Assembly: GCA_002269645.1 (NCBI GenBank)
Contig: NIVC01003154.1
Location: 1-64,000 of the forward strand
Source of the DNA: Macrostomum lignano
Lineage: Eukaryota
Direction: 5' to 3'
Length of the DNA: 64,000 nucleotides
The position numbers were made by a program, and so were the translations under genes. The stretch's first letter is position 1, and each line of letters starts with the position of its first letter. Shown here one piece after another: positions 37,407 to 58,565 of the stretch. The notes under the pieces are model-generated. The model was not told where the DNA came from and made no database searches. It saw only the letters and a list, made by a program, of their open reading frames with translations.

Positions 37407-37919
37407 ATGTGGACCTCAGCGGCCACAGCGTCGAGCTGCCCAGCCGAGGACCCGGCCGCTCGACAGAAGCCCACGCTGAGCGATTGTTTGAAAGGCGTTG
37501 CGCCGGCCTGCATCACCTACCGCGTCGCTTTGCTCTCTGTCGCCGGCGTTGTAGCCATTGTCAGCGGTGTCGACTTGGTTCAACGCGAAGCCCGAGCAGC
37601 GGCCCGGCCCGAAGAGTTCGGCTACCTTCGCCGCAATTCGATCTACTGGTCGGAGGTGGCCGCCTTCTGCTGCGCCATCTTCCTGGCCAGCGTGGTGGGT
37701 TGTGTCGTTTGCGTTGGCAGGATTCGTCAGCGCCAGAGAAGGTCGCTTTGCGGCGGCGGTGCCAACGGCGGCCTGCAGCTGACCGGGCTGGGCTCCGTGT
37801 CGACGCGTCAAGCGTCATCGCCGACAGCGTCCAAACCCGCGGCTCCGTCGTCTCTGTCGGTGCTGATTTCACTGGCGACCAGTCGGTCAATGGCTGCTGA
37901 TAGTATTCGCGATGAATGA
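37407..37919 (+). CDS. Hypothetical small membrane protein (170 aa, two predicted TM helices)
   Basis: This is an ATG-initiated ORF in a GC-rich island with coding-like composition. It has two hydrophobic segments (VALLSVAGVVAIVSGV; VAAFCCAIFLASVVGCVVCVG) followed by basic RIRQRQRR. No family was recognised. Confidence 0.65.
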   Translation: MWTSAATASSCPAEDPAARQKPTLSDCLKGVAPACITYRVALLSVAGVVAIVSGVDLVQREARAAARPEEFGYLRRNSIYWSEVAAFCCAIFLASVVGCVVCVGRIRQRQRRSLCGGGANGGLQLTGLGSVSTRQASSPTASKPAAPSSLSVLISLATSRSMAADSIRDE

Positions 37920-37994
37920 GCTCTGTTTTGCAATACATTGAAGGGCGCGATGTGGTTAAAAGAAATGGACTTAATTATTAACAGTTTCTTCTTT

Positions 37995-38780
37995 ACTTTG
38001 GACCAATGTAGCTTTGGACTAATGTAGCTTTGGACCAATGTAACTTTGGACCAACGTAGCTTTGGATCAATGTACCTTTGGACCAACGTAGCTTTGGACC
38101 AATGTAGCTCTGGACCAATGTAGCTTTGGACCAACGTAGCTTTGGACCAATGTACCTTTGGATCAATGTACCTTTGGACCAACGTAGCTTTGGACCAACG
38201 TAGCTTTGGACCAATGTAGCTCTGGACCAATGTAGCTTTGGACCAATGTAACTTTGGACCAACGTAGCTTTGGACCAATGTACCTTTGGATCAATGTACC
38301 TTTGGACCAACGTAGCTTTGGACCAACGTAGCTTTGGACCAATGTAGCTCTGGACCAATGTAGCTTTGGACCAATGTAACTTTGGACCAACGTAGCTTTG
38401 GACCAATGTACCTTTGGATCAATGTACCTTTGGACCAACGTAGCTTTGGACCAACGTAGCTTTGGACCAATGTAGCTCTGGACCAATGTAGCTTTGGACC
38501 AATGTAGCTTTGGACCTAAGTAGATTTGGACCAATGTAGCTTTGGACCAATGCAGCTTTGGACTAATGTAGCTTTGGACCAATGTAACTTTGGACCAACG
38601 TAGCTTTGGACCAATGTACCTTTGGATCAATGTACCTTTGGATCAATGTACCTTTGGACCAATGTACCTTTGGATCAATGTACCTTTGGACCAACGTAGC
38701 TTTGGACCAATGTACCTTTGGATCAATGTACCTTTGGACCAACGTAGCTCTGGACCAATGTAGCTTTGGACCAATGTAGG
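37995..38780. repeat. 16-bp minisatellite (tttggaccaatgtagc)
   Basis: Direct inspection. Confidence 0.95.
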
Positions 38781-39125
38781 AGACTTGGTAACCAGACGGT
38801 GTCCAACTGGAAACCCACCAACCAGAAAGTAGCCATAATGTAATTTTGTTGTTTTTGTTGTAAAAAGTGATTGTTTTTTTAAAACTTCGATATCATTTTC
38901 ACGATCAGTAGACCTTTAACGCGTTTTGTGTCCAGTGAAAGCAAGTATTTCGCTAGCGAACACCTTAAAACCAATCAGTTTTGTAAATATTAATTAAAGC
39001 GTCCTCTCCCGAGCCACTGTTCTTTTAAATAGTTGGCGATAATTCTACTTATTTTTTTGTTACAATCTTTACGTGATTGCTTTAACCAATTTTTTTTTAA
39101 TCTATGCAGTCGGTTTAACTAGCTA

Positions 39126-39302
39126 GCTTTATTTATTGTTAGGCATGTACACTTCACTGTGCCTTGGGGGTTGGCCATCAAAAGCCGTTAATTGCACAAG
39201 CAGAGCCAAGCCAAAATTCCAATTTAGCCCCAAATTAATGCGACTGCAGCACTTGGAATCGAGCCTGGGTCGCTGGTGGATCAGAGCGCCGCAATAGACC
39301 GG
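39126..39302 (-). mobile_element. Truncated copy of the same SINE family
   Basis: It is the reverse complement of about 11945-12130 (ggcatgtacacttcactg...cttggaatcgagcctgggtcgctgg). A more diverged fragment lies at about 44195-44350 in the last kinase intron. Confidence 0.75.
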
Positions 39303-39532
39303 ATGCAGATCTAAATTTTCTATAGTTGACTATAGTCATTCTTCAGTTATTGAACGCACTAAAACCAAGGAAAACCAAGGTTGTCCTTGCTAAAACTCTA
39401 TTTTCGACGCAAGTTGGCTGTCTTTTACCATAGACACAAGCCGACAGACTGCTGAGGCGGTCTTCATCTGAACGCTATAAAATTCCTTCATTTTGCTGAT
39501 CAATCGAATGCAGCTTTGAGAGCCTCTCGACA

Positions 39533-42500
39533 ATGACCAGCCCGATTAAATCTGGCAGTGAGACTTATTGCTACAAGTCGAGTCGTCGCTCACGGTCCTC
39601 CTCCCTGATGCGATCAAGCCAAACAATGAAAGAAAGAAACCGCTGCTCAAACGACGTCGTCACGACAAACAATATAAATATTGTGGACAAGTCCAAAGAG
39701 CGAAATAAAAACATTGTCATCTTTCAGGAGGAGAGCGCGAAAAGCGAGGACTGGAAGAAGAAGTACATTCATAGCACTCTGTTCCTGCTGGGCTACGGCG
39801 CTTATGGCAGCGTGTTTCAGGCAAGCAGGATATTAATGTGCTGTGGGAATCCGGTTCTGGCTAATACAGTTCAGTTTAGTAGTATGTTGCGCATGTAATA
39901 TTTTGCACCGTGCCTATTTGAGATTGATGTTAATAATAATGGCGACATCGTCCGTCCGGCAATTCTACCCATTCCCCTGACGCAGGCATGGTCCTTGCCT
40001 TACTAAATCAGGTGTCGGCTAACTTCCTCCCGCGAAGCCTCTCTATCCGGCCCTCGGGTCCATGAAACTTCAAAATAGCAGTCTGGCCTGCTCAAGGTTT
40101 GTCTCCTCAGGTCTCCTCTCTCCGCTCCTTCGGGGTCTCCTATCCCTTCTCTCCTTTCTCCCCTTCTCTTCCCTCTCCTCTCTCCTCTCCTCTCACTGGC
40201 CCAGCAGTCATGCGCTAGATTTTGTATCTGGCCCTTACGTTGAAAAAGTATGCCGACCCCTGTACTAAATGAATGTGGCCTCACACAGAATCGTGCGCCC
40301 CTGTCAGTTTTGTATTGCCAATTGCTAATATTGACAGGCTTTCCCGCAAATATTCACTGTGGCCTTGACTATGTATAGATTAATTTGTATTTGAATTTAA
40401 CCAGTATTCTTAATAGCCAGATCGTGTAGCAAGTTGAGCTGTGGGAAATATTTTTAGATGGAAAAAGAAGATTTCCATCAGACGATTTATAGCAAGACAT
40501 CGACTCGAGATGGACTTTGACAGGATTAAAAGACTTTTCAGACCTACAGAAGCCATATTCAGCAACTTTAGGATTTGAGACTCCTGTTGTTTTCCTCCCT
40601 AATTAGCTGTAGCAAACGCACCTGCGCGATTACTTCTCAGTGAGTGGGGATTATTTCAGAAAATCTTTGCCTTCCCTTAAAATTTGCACAACCTTGTTCT
40701 TTTGACAACTCGACGTAAATAGATTTCTTACACCTTTTTACTTTCGATTTTGAAAAATCTGCACTCAATATTGAAATTTTTGCATTCAATTTTGACAGTC
40801 TGTGGTATCGCTTGTTGAAATGTTCAACCTATTTTGACAAACTCAAATGCAATAATGACGATTTTCAACCAAAAAAATGACAAACTCGATCCAACCTTAT
40901 TACGAGTTGCATACAATTTTGACACTGGGTTACAAAACAGTGCCTTTTTTCTCGCTGTCTATGGAACAAAACTTGCATATGTGCATCCATTTTTGACAGA
41001 GTGCATCCAAAATTGACAATTATAGATCCAACCCCCAATCCTATACAGTATACATGCTGCATGTAGGCCTACACGCCCTGAATGGAGGAATCTAGCACGC
41101 TGACGAGTGCGTCAATGGCTGAAACACGAGTGCGCGTAGCGCACGAGGGTTTTTGCCATAGACGCACAAGTCAAAGTGCTTGATTCCCATTCTTATTTGA
41201 TCCAACATGTGTGGCTAAAGTAGACAAGGGTGGAGCTGGGAGTGTGGAGTTAGACTTGAACCATAGACAAAATATGCGCGAGCTAGTCTGAACATTCTTA
41301 CACGATTGAAAGAAGATTATGCTTGTAGTCTATGGCTGTTATGCTAAATATAGAAACATTGCGCGTTACATTCTTGCACGATTGACATTCTTGCACGGAG
41401 TGCACATGCAAATTCAAGATGCTTTTACCATAGACACTTGCATTTCTGCACGCATATGGCGACTTCCAAAGCATTCTTGCACGCTGGATCAAATAAGAAT
41501 GATATATTCCTGCACGGTCACGAGTGCGGGAATGACATCTGCACGAGTGCGCGCTAGCGCACGAGTGCACGATGTCCTTCACGCACGAGTGAACGTGAAG
41601 GAATTCCATTGTCGGATGATTCATCGTGCAGGAATGCACAAAACCGTGCAGGAATGCATTCTGCGCCTAATGCTTTTTCAGTGAGATTTTACCATAGACA
41701 TCCATTCCTGCACGCAAAAGAGTGCGAGAATGCCATTCTTGCATGGAAAATCAGCCGACAATGACCCGGCGAGAGTTGACCATAGACAATGTGTGCGATA
41801 CTGTAGACGAAGCATAATGGTTCCCCTTAAAACATTATTTTCAGTCAGCCGTAATTACAGTAGCTAATCAGTTTGTCAAGTATGGCAGATCCGCGAGTCA
41901 ACGCCAAAGTTGGCAACGATGACGGGAGGCGGTTAATTACTGCCCATGAGAATGCCGACGCGTTGGGCTCGTGCGTTGGGCATCAAACGAACCACAGCGT
42001 ATGCGCTCGGTCGCGGTTTCTCGAATTGAAAGCCAGGGCGAACTCTCGCCGGGTCATTCAGGGCGCGTATGCCTACATGCAGCATGTATACTGTATAGGA
42101 TTGGGGGTTGGATCTATAATTGTCAATTTTGGATGCACTCTGTCAAAAATGGGTGCACATATGCAAGTTTTGTTCCATAGACAGCGAGAAAAAGGCGCTC
42201 TGTTTTGAAACCCAGTGTGAAAATTGGATCTGCCTCCTGTCAAAAGCAATAAAAATTTTTCTGCTGAACAAAATAAAAACTTCCCATCTCCGTAGTGTAT
42301 TTTTTTCGGAAAACCTGTCTCTTAAAAGTTTCCAAGAAATGAAACTTCCCGTTCCACTTGAACAGTCCTTGTGGCTTTTTTGCCGAGGCCAATGTCTAAT
42401 TGATTCGGTCAATCATTCAGTCATTGTCTCCAAACACTAAATTGCTCTATTGATTATAAAAATGGTTGCCAGGTCTAATAAATCCTAATAAATTAATGGA

Positions 42501-45120
42501 TGACGGTTAAAGACATTTTCACTGTCATGGGATGGTACACTGTAAAGGCGTTGAAAATCTGACCTTGTTGAATTGAAAATCGTTGAATATCTCGAAGGTC
42601 GTAAGATGCTTCAAGCCCTACTGATGGTAAAAATTTGCTGGTATTGATAAAATTACAATATCAGGGTATCATCAAACAATTATTTGCTCAACCTTCAATC
42701 CAAGGCCAGGTGACAACTCGGCTGTACTCTCAGACCCGGCAACGCATTGCCCGTGAGCGGTACATCTACCACGCCGACTTTCTAACCAACTACGCGTCGC
42801 AGCGCCGACTGAAGCTCGACCAATACGACAAACTGAGGGACAAGCAACGACACGAGCGTCTGTTCGACACGGTGGCCATCAAGTACGAAATTCTTGACCA
42901 GTCGATGCTGGAGGACGGCGCCACTCGGTTCTGTCTGTTCCTCCGTCGCGAATTCCTGGTGCTGGACACCATCTGGCGTCGGTTCCCTCGACTGCTGGTC
43001 GGATTTCCAGTCGTGTTCGACTTTGGCTACATTGGCGACAAGCTACAATACGGAGTGAACACCAAGTACAAGAACATATTCACCTACATGAACCTGCAAG
43101 GCGAGGAGGTGAAGTTCTTTGCCGACACGCACAACAGAAACCTCACTGGAGTTACTAAAATATCGTACATGACCATGGAGTTACTCGGGCCCTCCATCGA
43201 AGACTATCGCGTCTATTTCGAGCCTTGGTACGAGAAAGCCGGAGTAAAGCCGTTCTTCCAGGTGAGAACGGTGTTTCGCATAGCTGACCAGCTGCTCTGT
43301 CGCCTGTACATGCTGCACAAGGCTGGCTTTGTGCACCACGACCTGAAGCCGGACAACTTAGCTCTTGGCCACGGACGAGCAATGAACACCGTCTACTTGA
43401 TTGATTTTGGATTTGCTAAACAGGCAAGTTTACTGTGTTATCCATTCGGATGTCAGCACTGAGTTCTGTTATCCATTCGGATGTCAGCACTGAGTTCTGT
43501 TATCCATTCGGATGTCAGCACTGAGTTCTGTTATCCATTCGGATGTCAGCACTGAGTTCTGTTATCCATTCGGATGTCAGCACTGAGTTCTGTTATCCAT
43601 TCGGATGTCAATGAAAACAATGAAAGCTTCGCATCCGATAAATAAAAAGCAACTAACACAAGAACATGCGCTGACACTGGAACTCTAAAGGTGGCAGATA
43701 ACCCTGTGGAAGACTGGATGGGCTCGCGCAAGTACATCTCCATTGACGCGTACAGCGGCGAACGAGCCAACTACGCTCAGGACATCGAGAGCTGGTTCTA
43801 TCTCATCATGGCTCTGCTGTACGACTCGCTGCCTTGGTCGGATGACGTCATCGTGCCAATGCTCGAGGCCCAGGACGAGGCTGGCCGTTGGCTTCTGGCA
43901 GCGACCATCAAGCGGACCTGGTGGGGGACTACAACGGCGCCAATACGCTGCACAGCATGCTGAAACAGGTGCAGAGCCTGCACCAGCGCGAGGTGCCCGA
44001 CATTGGACAGATCATGAACCAGCTGCACCGGCGGGTGCGGGACCTGCGGGAGAACCTGCGACAGAACCGGTGAGGACTGAGGGACATTCACAAGAAACCC
44101 CAAATCGTCACTGTGGAGTACGTAGAGTACGTTCAGCGGTTAACCGCGCCAAAGTACCCGGTTAAGATTCTGTGCGCGGCCGTGTAAGTTAAAGGCTCGT
44201 GCACGAAATTGACCTTGGGCTTAGGAAATTGACCTTGACCTTAGGCAATTCACGCCAATGAGGGCTAACCCCCAAGGCACCGAGTGAGTGCCTGCGTACG
44301 TATCCAAGTGCATGAGCGTGCTCGGGAGTCAGCGGAACGGGCATGGCTAAACTACCCCACTCGGCACTGTCGCAGGGACCCGAAGTCGGCAAATGCGGAG
44401 CTGTCAAACAGCCACTCCAAGTCTAGCTCAGGCTACATGAGCATCCGAAAGGTGCTTCTACAGATATTCGAATTGCCCAAGATCCTCAAGAACCAGATGC
44501 TCGGCGATCAGGAGTTTCGCGCCTATCAGGACGCTCGCCGGGCCCAGGGACTGAAGCCGTTCCGATGGGATCCTACGGACTTCCAGTGGGAGTGGGATCG
44601 CAACCACTCTCGCATGCTCAATAGCAACGCCGGCGTCGACAGCGGCGGCATGCCGGGCGGCGAAGAGTTAAGCGTCGGAGGAGTAGAAATCGGCGAGTTC
44701 GAGAACCCGCCGGTCATCTCCGGGAACAACCATCGAGACCTGCTTCGACGCCAGATTGAAAGCCTGCCAGCTTACTCGGATTTGAGAAGGGCGGCGCGGC
44801 GAAGAGGATTCAGCATACTGAGCGACGAGAGCGGCGCCAGTCGAGAGCGAGCTGACGAGGTCAGCTACGTGTTCGATTCGCGCAACAACTGCCTGGTGCC
44901 CAAGTGGCCCAGCGGCGGAATTTGTCGGCGACGCCAAACCAGACCCCGAGCCGCGTCGGCGATGGATCGCTACGGCAAAGACGACTCTGAGGAGGAAGCT
45001 GATGACTACCGGCCGGGTTTGGAGCTCAAGCGGCTGGCTAATCCCGCCTGGCTGCAGGGCTGGCAGACTGGCTGGACGAATGAGTCCACCACTGAATCGG
45101 GGGATTTAAAAGGTGTTTGA
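39533..45120 (+). CDS. Divergent casein kinase 1 (CK1/TTBK) superfamily Ser/Thr kinase, about 700 aa, 4 exons, with an apparent 1-nt frameshift
   Basis: Exons are 39533-39820 (LGYGAYGSVFQ), about 42710-43423 (VAIKYE, MELLGPSIED, HHDLKPDN, LIDFGFAK), 43691-44069 (GSRKYISID, DIESWFY...LPW) and 44376-45120. The last intron, CG|gtgagg...tgtcgcag|G, is in phase. The frame shifts at the G5 run 43923-43927. The exon 2 acceptor is uncertain (42710 or 42734). Confidence 0.8.
40009..40262. mobile_element. Non-autonomous hAT (Charlie-like) MITE, 254 bp
   Basis: The TIRs are CAGGTGTCGGC and GCCGACCCCTG. A perfect 8-bp TSD, TACTAAAT, lies at 40001-40008 and 40263-40270. The core is CT-rich. Confidence 0.88.
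40914..42226. mobile_element. Foldback element with about 170-bp inverted arms and internal CCATAGAC motifs
   Basis: The arms 40914-41084 and 42055-42226 are near-identical reverse complements, and the ORF track shows the same peptide on both strands. Confidence 0.75.
43435..43610. repeat. 31-bp minisatellite in kinase intron 2
   Basis: The unit gttatccattcggatgtcagcactgagttct occurs in about 5.5 copies. Confidence 0.92.
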
Positions 45121-45124
45121 CTCG

Positions 45125-45390
45125 TTGCATGAGCCATGAGTACCTGTTGTATAAACCATGAGTACCTGTTGATGAGCCATGAGTACCTGTTGATGAGCCA
45201 TGGGTACCTGTTGATGAGCCATGGGTACCTGTTGATGAGCCATGAGTGTACCTGTTGTATAAATCATGAGTACCTGTTGATGAGCCATGAGTAACTGTTG
45301 ATAGATAAGCAATGAGTACCTGTTGATGAGCTACGAGTACCAGTAAGGATCCATGAGCACCTGCTGATGGCTCATGAACACCTGTCGATG
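45125..45390. repeat. 21-bp minisatellite (atgagccatgagtacctgttg) starting right after the kinase stop codon
   Basis: Direct inspection. Confidence 0.88.
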
Positions 45391-46169
45391 CAGACCATTC
45401 TATACACCTGGCATGGTCACATTTGCCATTAAAATGCAGTTACCAATTTACATGTATAATTTTATTTCGTGTTTTATCGGGCGTAACAATATTAAGGCAC
45501 ATGAAATAAAAAAATAAATATTTTCTTTTAAAATTTATTACTAAATAATACTACTTATAGTAGCGCCCTAATTGTATTACTTGCTTGGTAATTTTAAGGA
45601 TTGTGCAGAGCACGAGATTTAACACGAGACCCCCAAGTTTTGGCTGCAATAACGATTTTTTATACAATAGAGGACAGCTTCACAAACCCATGATGGCAAG
45701 TTGATATATATATTTAGCTTTTAGATATCAATTTATGATTAATACCTGGTATATGCACAAGTATTTTGCATGTATTAATAGCTATGCGTGGTCAAAAAGA
45801 CGATGTCATGACAGGCGATAATTAGCTAATTAAATACAAAACACCTCTGATAGCGATAATCGATCAAGGTAATAATCGTAAAAAAGAGGAAATTACAATC
45901 CCTACTACGAGCGTACTTATCATCAGTAGTTGCTAATTTGAAACCAAGAAACAAACAGTGCTGATTGAGAGTTAAAATTAGTTTGAAAACCATATACCCC
46001 ACACACACAGCCTGCTCAAGCACTTTTCATTGTGATTAACTGATGACGCAATATTTACCAAATGAAAAAAATCTGAAAGCTGCTCACTAAAAAACAATGA
46101 AACTCAAAACAAAATCTGTCTTTATACAATGGGTTAAATTTTTATGTGAGTTTTTATGCGTGATTCTCA

Positions 46170-48015
46170 TGCCACTTTAGGGCGATTTTTAGGGGATTCT
46201 CATGGAAGTTTTGGGGCGATTCTCATGGCAATTTGGGGATGATTCTCATGGTAGTTGGGGGGCGATTCTTATGGCAGTTTGGGGCGATTCTCATGGCAGT
46301 TTTGGGGCGATTCTCATGGCAGTTTTGGGGCGATTCTCATGGCAGTTTTAGGGCGATTCTCATGGCAATTTGGGGATGATTCTCATGGTAGTTGGGGGGC
46401 GATTCTTATGGCAGTTTGGGGCGATTCTCATGGCAGTTTTGGGGCGATTCTCATGGCAGTTTTGGGGCGATTCTCATGGCAGTTTTGGGGCGATTCTCAT
46501 GGCAATTTGGGATGATTCTCATGGTAGTTGGGGGGCGATACTTATGGCAGTTTGGGGCGATTCTCATAGTAGTTGGGGAGCGATTCTTATGGCAGTTTGG
46601 GGCGATTCTCATGGCAGTTTTGGGGCGATTCTCATGGCAGTTTTGGGGCGATTCTCATGGCAGTTTTGGGGCGATTCTCATGGCAATTTGGGGATGATTC
46701 TCATGGTAGTTGGGGGGCGATTCTTATGGCAGTTTGGGGCGATTCTCATGGCAGTTTTGGGGCGATTCTCATGGCAGTTTTGGGGCGATTCTCATGGCAG
46801 TTTTGGGGCGATTCTCATGGCAATTTGGGGATGATTCTCATGGTAGTTGGGGGCGATTCTTATGGCAGTTTGGGGCGATTCTCATAGTAGTTGGGGAGCG
46901 ATTCTTATGGCAGTTTGGGGCGATTCTCATGGCAGTTTTGGGGCGATTCTCATGGCAGTTTTGGGGCGATTCTCATGGCAGTTTTGGGGCGATTCTCATG
47001 GCAATTTGGGGATGATTCTCATGGTAGTTGGGGGGCGATTCTTATGGCAGTTTGGGGCGATTCTCATGGTAGTTGGGGAGCGATTCTTATGGCAGTTTTG
47101 GGGCGATTCTCATGGCAGTTTTGGGGCGATTCTCATGGCAGTTTTGGGGCGATTCTCATGGCAATTTGGGGATGATTCTCATGGTAGTTGGGGGGCGATT
47201 CTTATGGCAGTTTGGGGCGATTCTCATGGTAGTTGGGGAGCGATTCTTATGGCAGTTTGGGGCGATTCTCATGGCAGTTTTGGGGCGATTCTCATGACAA
47301 TTTGGGGGCGATTCTCATTTTAGTTTGTGGCGATTCTCATTTTAGTTTAGAGCGATTCTCTCGGCACCTTGGGGGCGATTCTCATGGTAGTTGGGGGGCG
47401 ATTCTTATGGCAGTTTGGGGCGATTCTCATGGCAGTTTTGGGGCGATTCTCATGGCAGTTTTGGGGCGATTCTCATGGCAGTTTTGGGGCGATTCTCATG
47501 GCAATTTGGGGATGATTCTCATGGTAGTTGGGGGGCGATTCTTATGGCAGTTTGGGGCGATTCTCATAGTAGTTGGGGAGCGATTCTTATGGCAGTTTGG
47601 GGCGATTCTCATGGCAGTTTTGGGGCGATTCTCATGGCAGTTTTGGGGCGATTCTCATGGCAGTTTTGGGGCGATTCTCATGGCAATTTGGGGATGATTC
47701 TCATGGTAGTTGGGGGGCGATTCTTATGGCAGTTTGGGGCGATTCTCATGGTAGTTGGGGAGCGATTCTTATGGCAGTTTGGGGCGATTCTCATGGCAGT
47801 TTTGGGGCGATTCTCATGACAATTTGGGGGCGATTCTCATTTTAGTTTGTGGCGATTCTCATTTTAGTTTAGAGCGATTCTCTCGGCACCTTGGGGGCGA
47901 TTCTCATGGTAGTTTGAGGTGATTCTCACGGCACCTTGGGGCGATTATCACGGCAGTTTGGGGCGATTCTCATGGCACCTTGGGGCGATTATCATGGCAG
48001 TTTGGGGGCGATTCT
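46170..48015. repeat. 22-23-bp minisatellite (ggggcgattctcatggcagtttt) with higher-order structure
   Basis: Direct inspection. Confidence 0.95.
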
Positions 48016-48131
48016 GAAGGGGCACGAGAAGGATGACATTGGAGGGCTGAGGTATGCCTATCAGGTTAAACAAAATGAATCTCACACCAAAGATTGATTA
48101 GGGATGATTCTTAAAATGGATTAAAGGCATC

Positions 48132-56993
<8,862 letters not shown>

Positions 56994-57450
56994 GGCAGTA
57001 AAAGAATAAATATTGTTTCCTCAATTGAGACAAATGTATACAGTTTAGTAGTTAATGAAAAAATTAAATAGTTAATATAAAAAATATGCACTGATCAGGA
57101 GCCATCAGAATACTTGAGATATATACTGTCATGCTAGAATCCCACACCTTGACATAGAATTATATACCCTAACACCCTAGAATCTCATACCCTGACACCC
57201 TAGAATCTAATACTCTAACACGTTAAGATCTTTTATTTTGATCTTTGATACTTTAAAAAAGAATATTTTACCTTAACACTGACATTGTCATATAATAATA
57301 TACTTTATTATAAATAGCCAATAATGAAAAATCATTTATATCAGCAAAATAGTAAATTGGAATGATCTAAAGACTAAGATAATTTTTATTTTAAAGATTA
57401 AATATAATCTACCTTTTCCTAGAATGCTAATTGAGTGTAAAATATGTGGC

Positions 57451-57970
57451 GAAATCCAAAAACGTGGGATAAAACGGTAAAACAAATCTGCGGACATTCG
57501 ATGGAAAGTAATGTATCTAAAAAAGGTTTTTGAAAGATAGATAGGTCTTTAGAAAATAGTTCTGGATAAAAACTATTGTTTTCATGCTTTATATTGTTGA
57601 ATAAATAAGAAAAAACCACAAAAAATCATTTTGAAAGTCCGAGTTGACCGATTTGCAATTTTTTGTTTCACTTTTTTTCAAAATTAAACAATTAATTTTA
57701 AGACTTGTAGGCCTTAGAGAAGGCTAATTTTTTTACTACATACAAAACAGAAAGTAATCTGTGTTTTACTTTTTATTCAATTCAAAAAGATGAAGTATTT
57801 CTAAGGATTTCAAAGTTTTTCTAAAACCATATAAACTCGCAAAAATTCATACTAATATAAAGTGCAAAGTTTGCCAGCAAACATCTTTCTCTAAAAGTAA
57901 ATATATCGCTAATTCCTTGTTGCAAAATAATCTTTAAGTTGTTTTCTTTCATTTAAATATTAACTTGCAT
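57451..57970 (+). repeat. AT-rich dispersed repeat, copy 2
   Basis: It is a direct-orientation homologue of 18666-19187. Confidence 0.8.
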
Positions 57971-58043
57971 AGTATTAGTATTTGTAATATGCCTATATTT
58001 AGACTTAAAAATTTTGGGTAAAAAATGGTACCACAAAATGTGA

Positions 58044-58565
58044 ACCCGGCATCCAAATCAGATGCTTACTGTATGCTCATTAAGCAACGAAGAACAATGA
58101 AATTACACTAAAACATGTATCATTGCGGTGTATATGCAGGAAAAAAAGAATTTTACAAATCGCTTTAGTAGAAGCTGAGTAAAATGCAATTTTCCAATCC
58201 TTATGGGAATTCCAATGTGTTACCCGGCTTCCAAATCAGATGCTTACTGTATGCTCATTAAGCGACGAGGAACAATGAAATTACACTAAAACATGTATTA
58301 TCGCGGCGTGTATGCAGGAAAAAAAGAATTTTCCAAATCGCTTTAGTAGAAGCTGAGTAAAATGCAATTTTCCAATCCTTATGGGAATTCCAATGTGTTA
58401 CCCGGCTTCCAAATCAGATGCTTACTGTATGCTCATTAAGCGACGAGGAACAATGAAATTACACTAAAACATGTATCATCGCGGCGTGTATGCAGGAAAA
58501 AAAGAATTTTCCAAATCGCTTTAGTAGAAGCTGAATAAAATGCAATTTTCCGATCCTTACGGGAA
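58044..58565. repeat. 178-bp tandem repeat, about 3 copies
   Basis: The acccggc unit starts at 58044, 58222 and 58400. Confidence 0.92.

Noticed and set aside
44284-45120. Stand-alone 278-aa gene
   Set aside because: It is better explained as the terminal kinase exon, given the in-phase donor at 44070 and acceptor at 44375.
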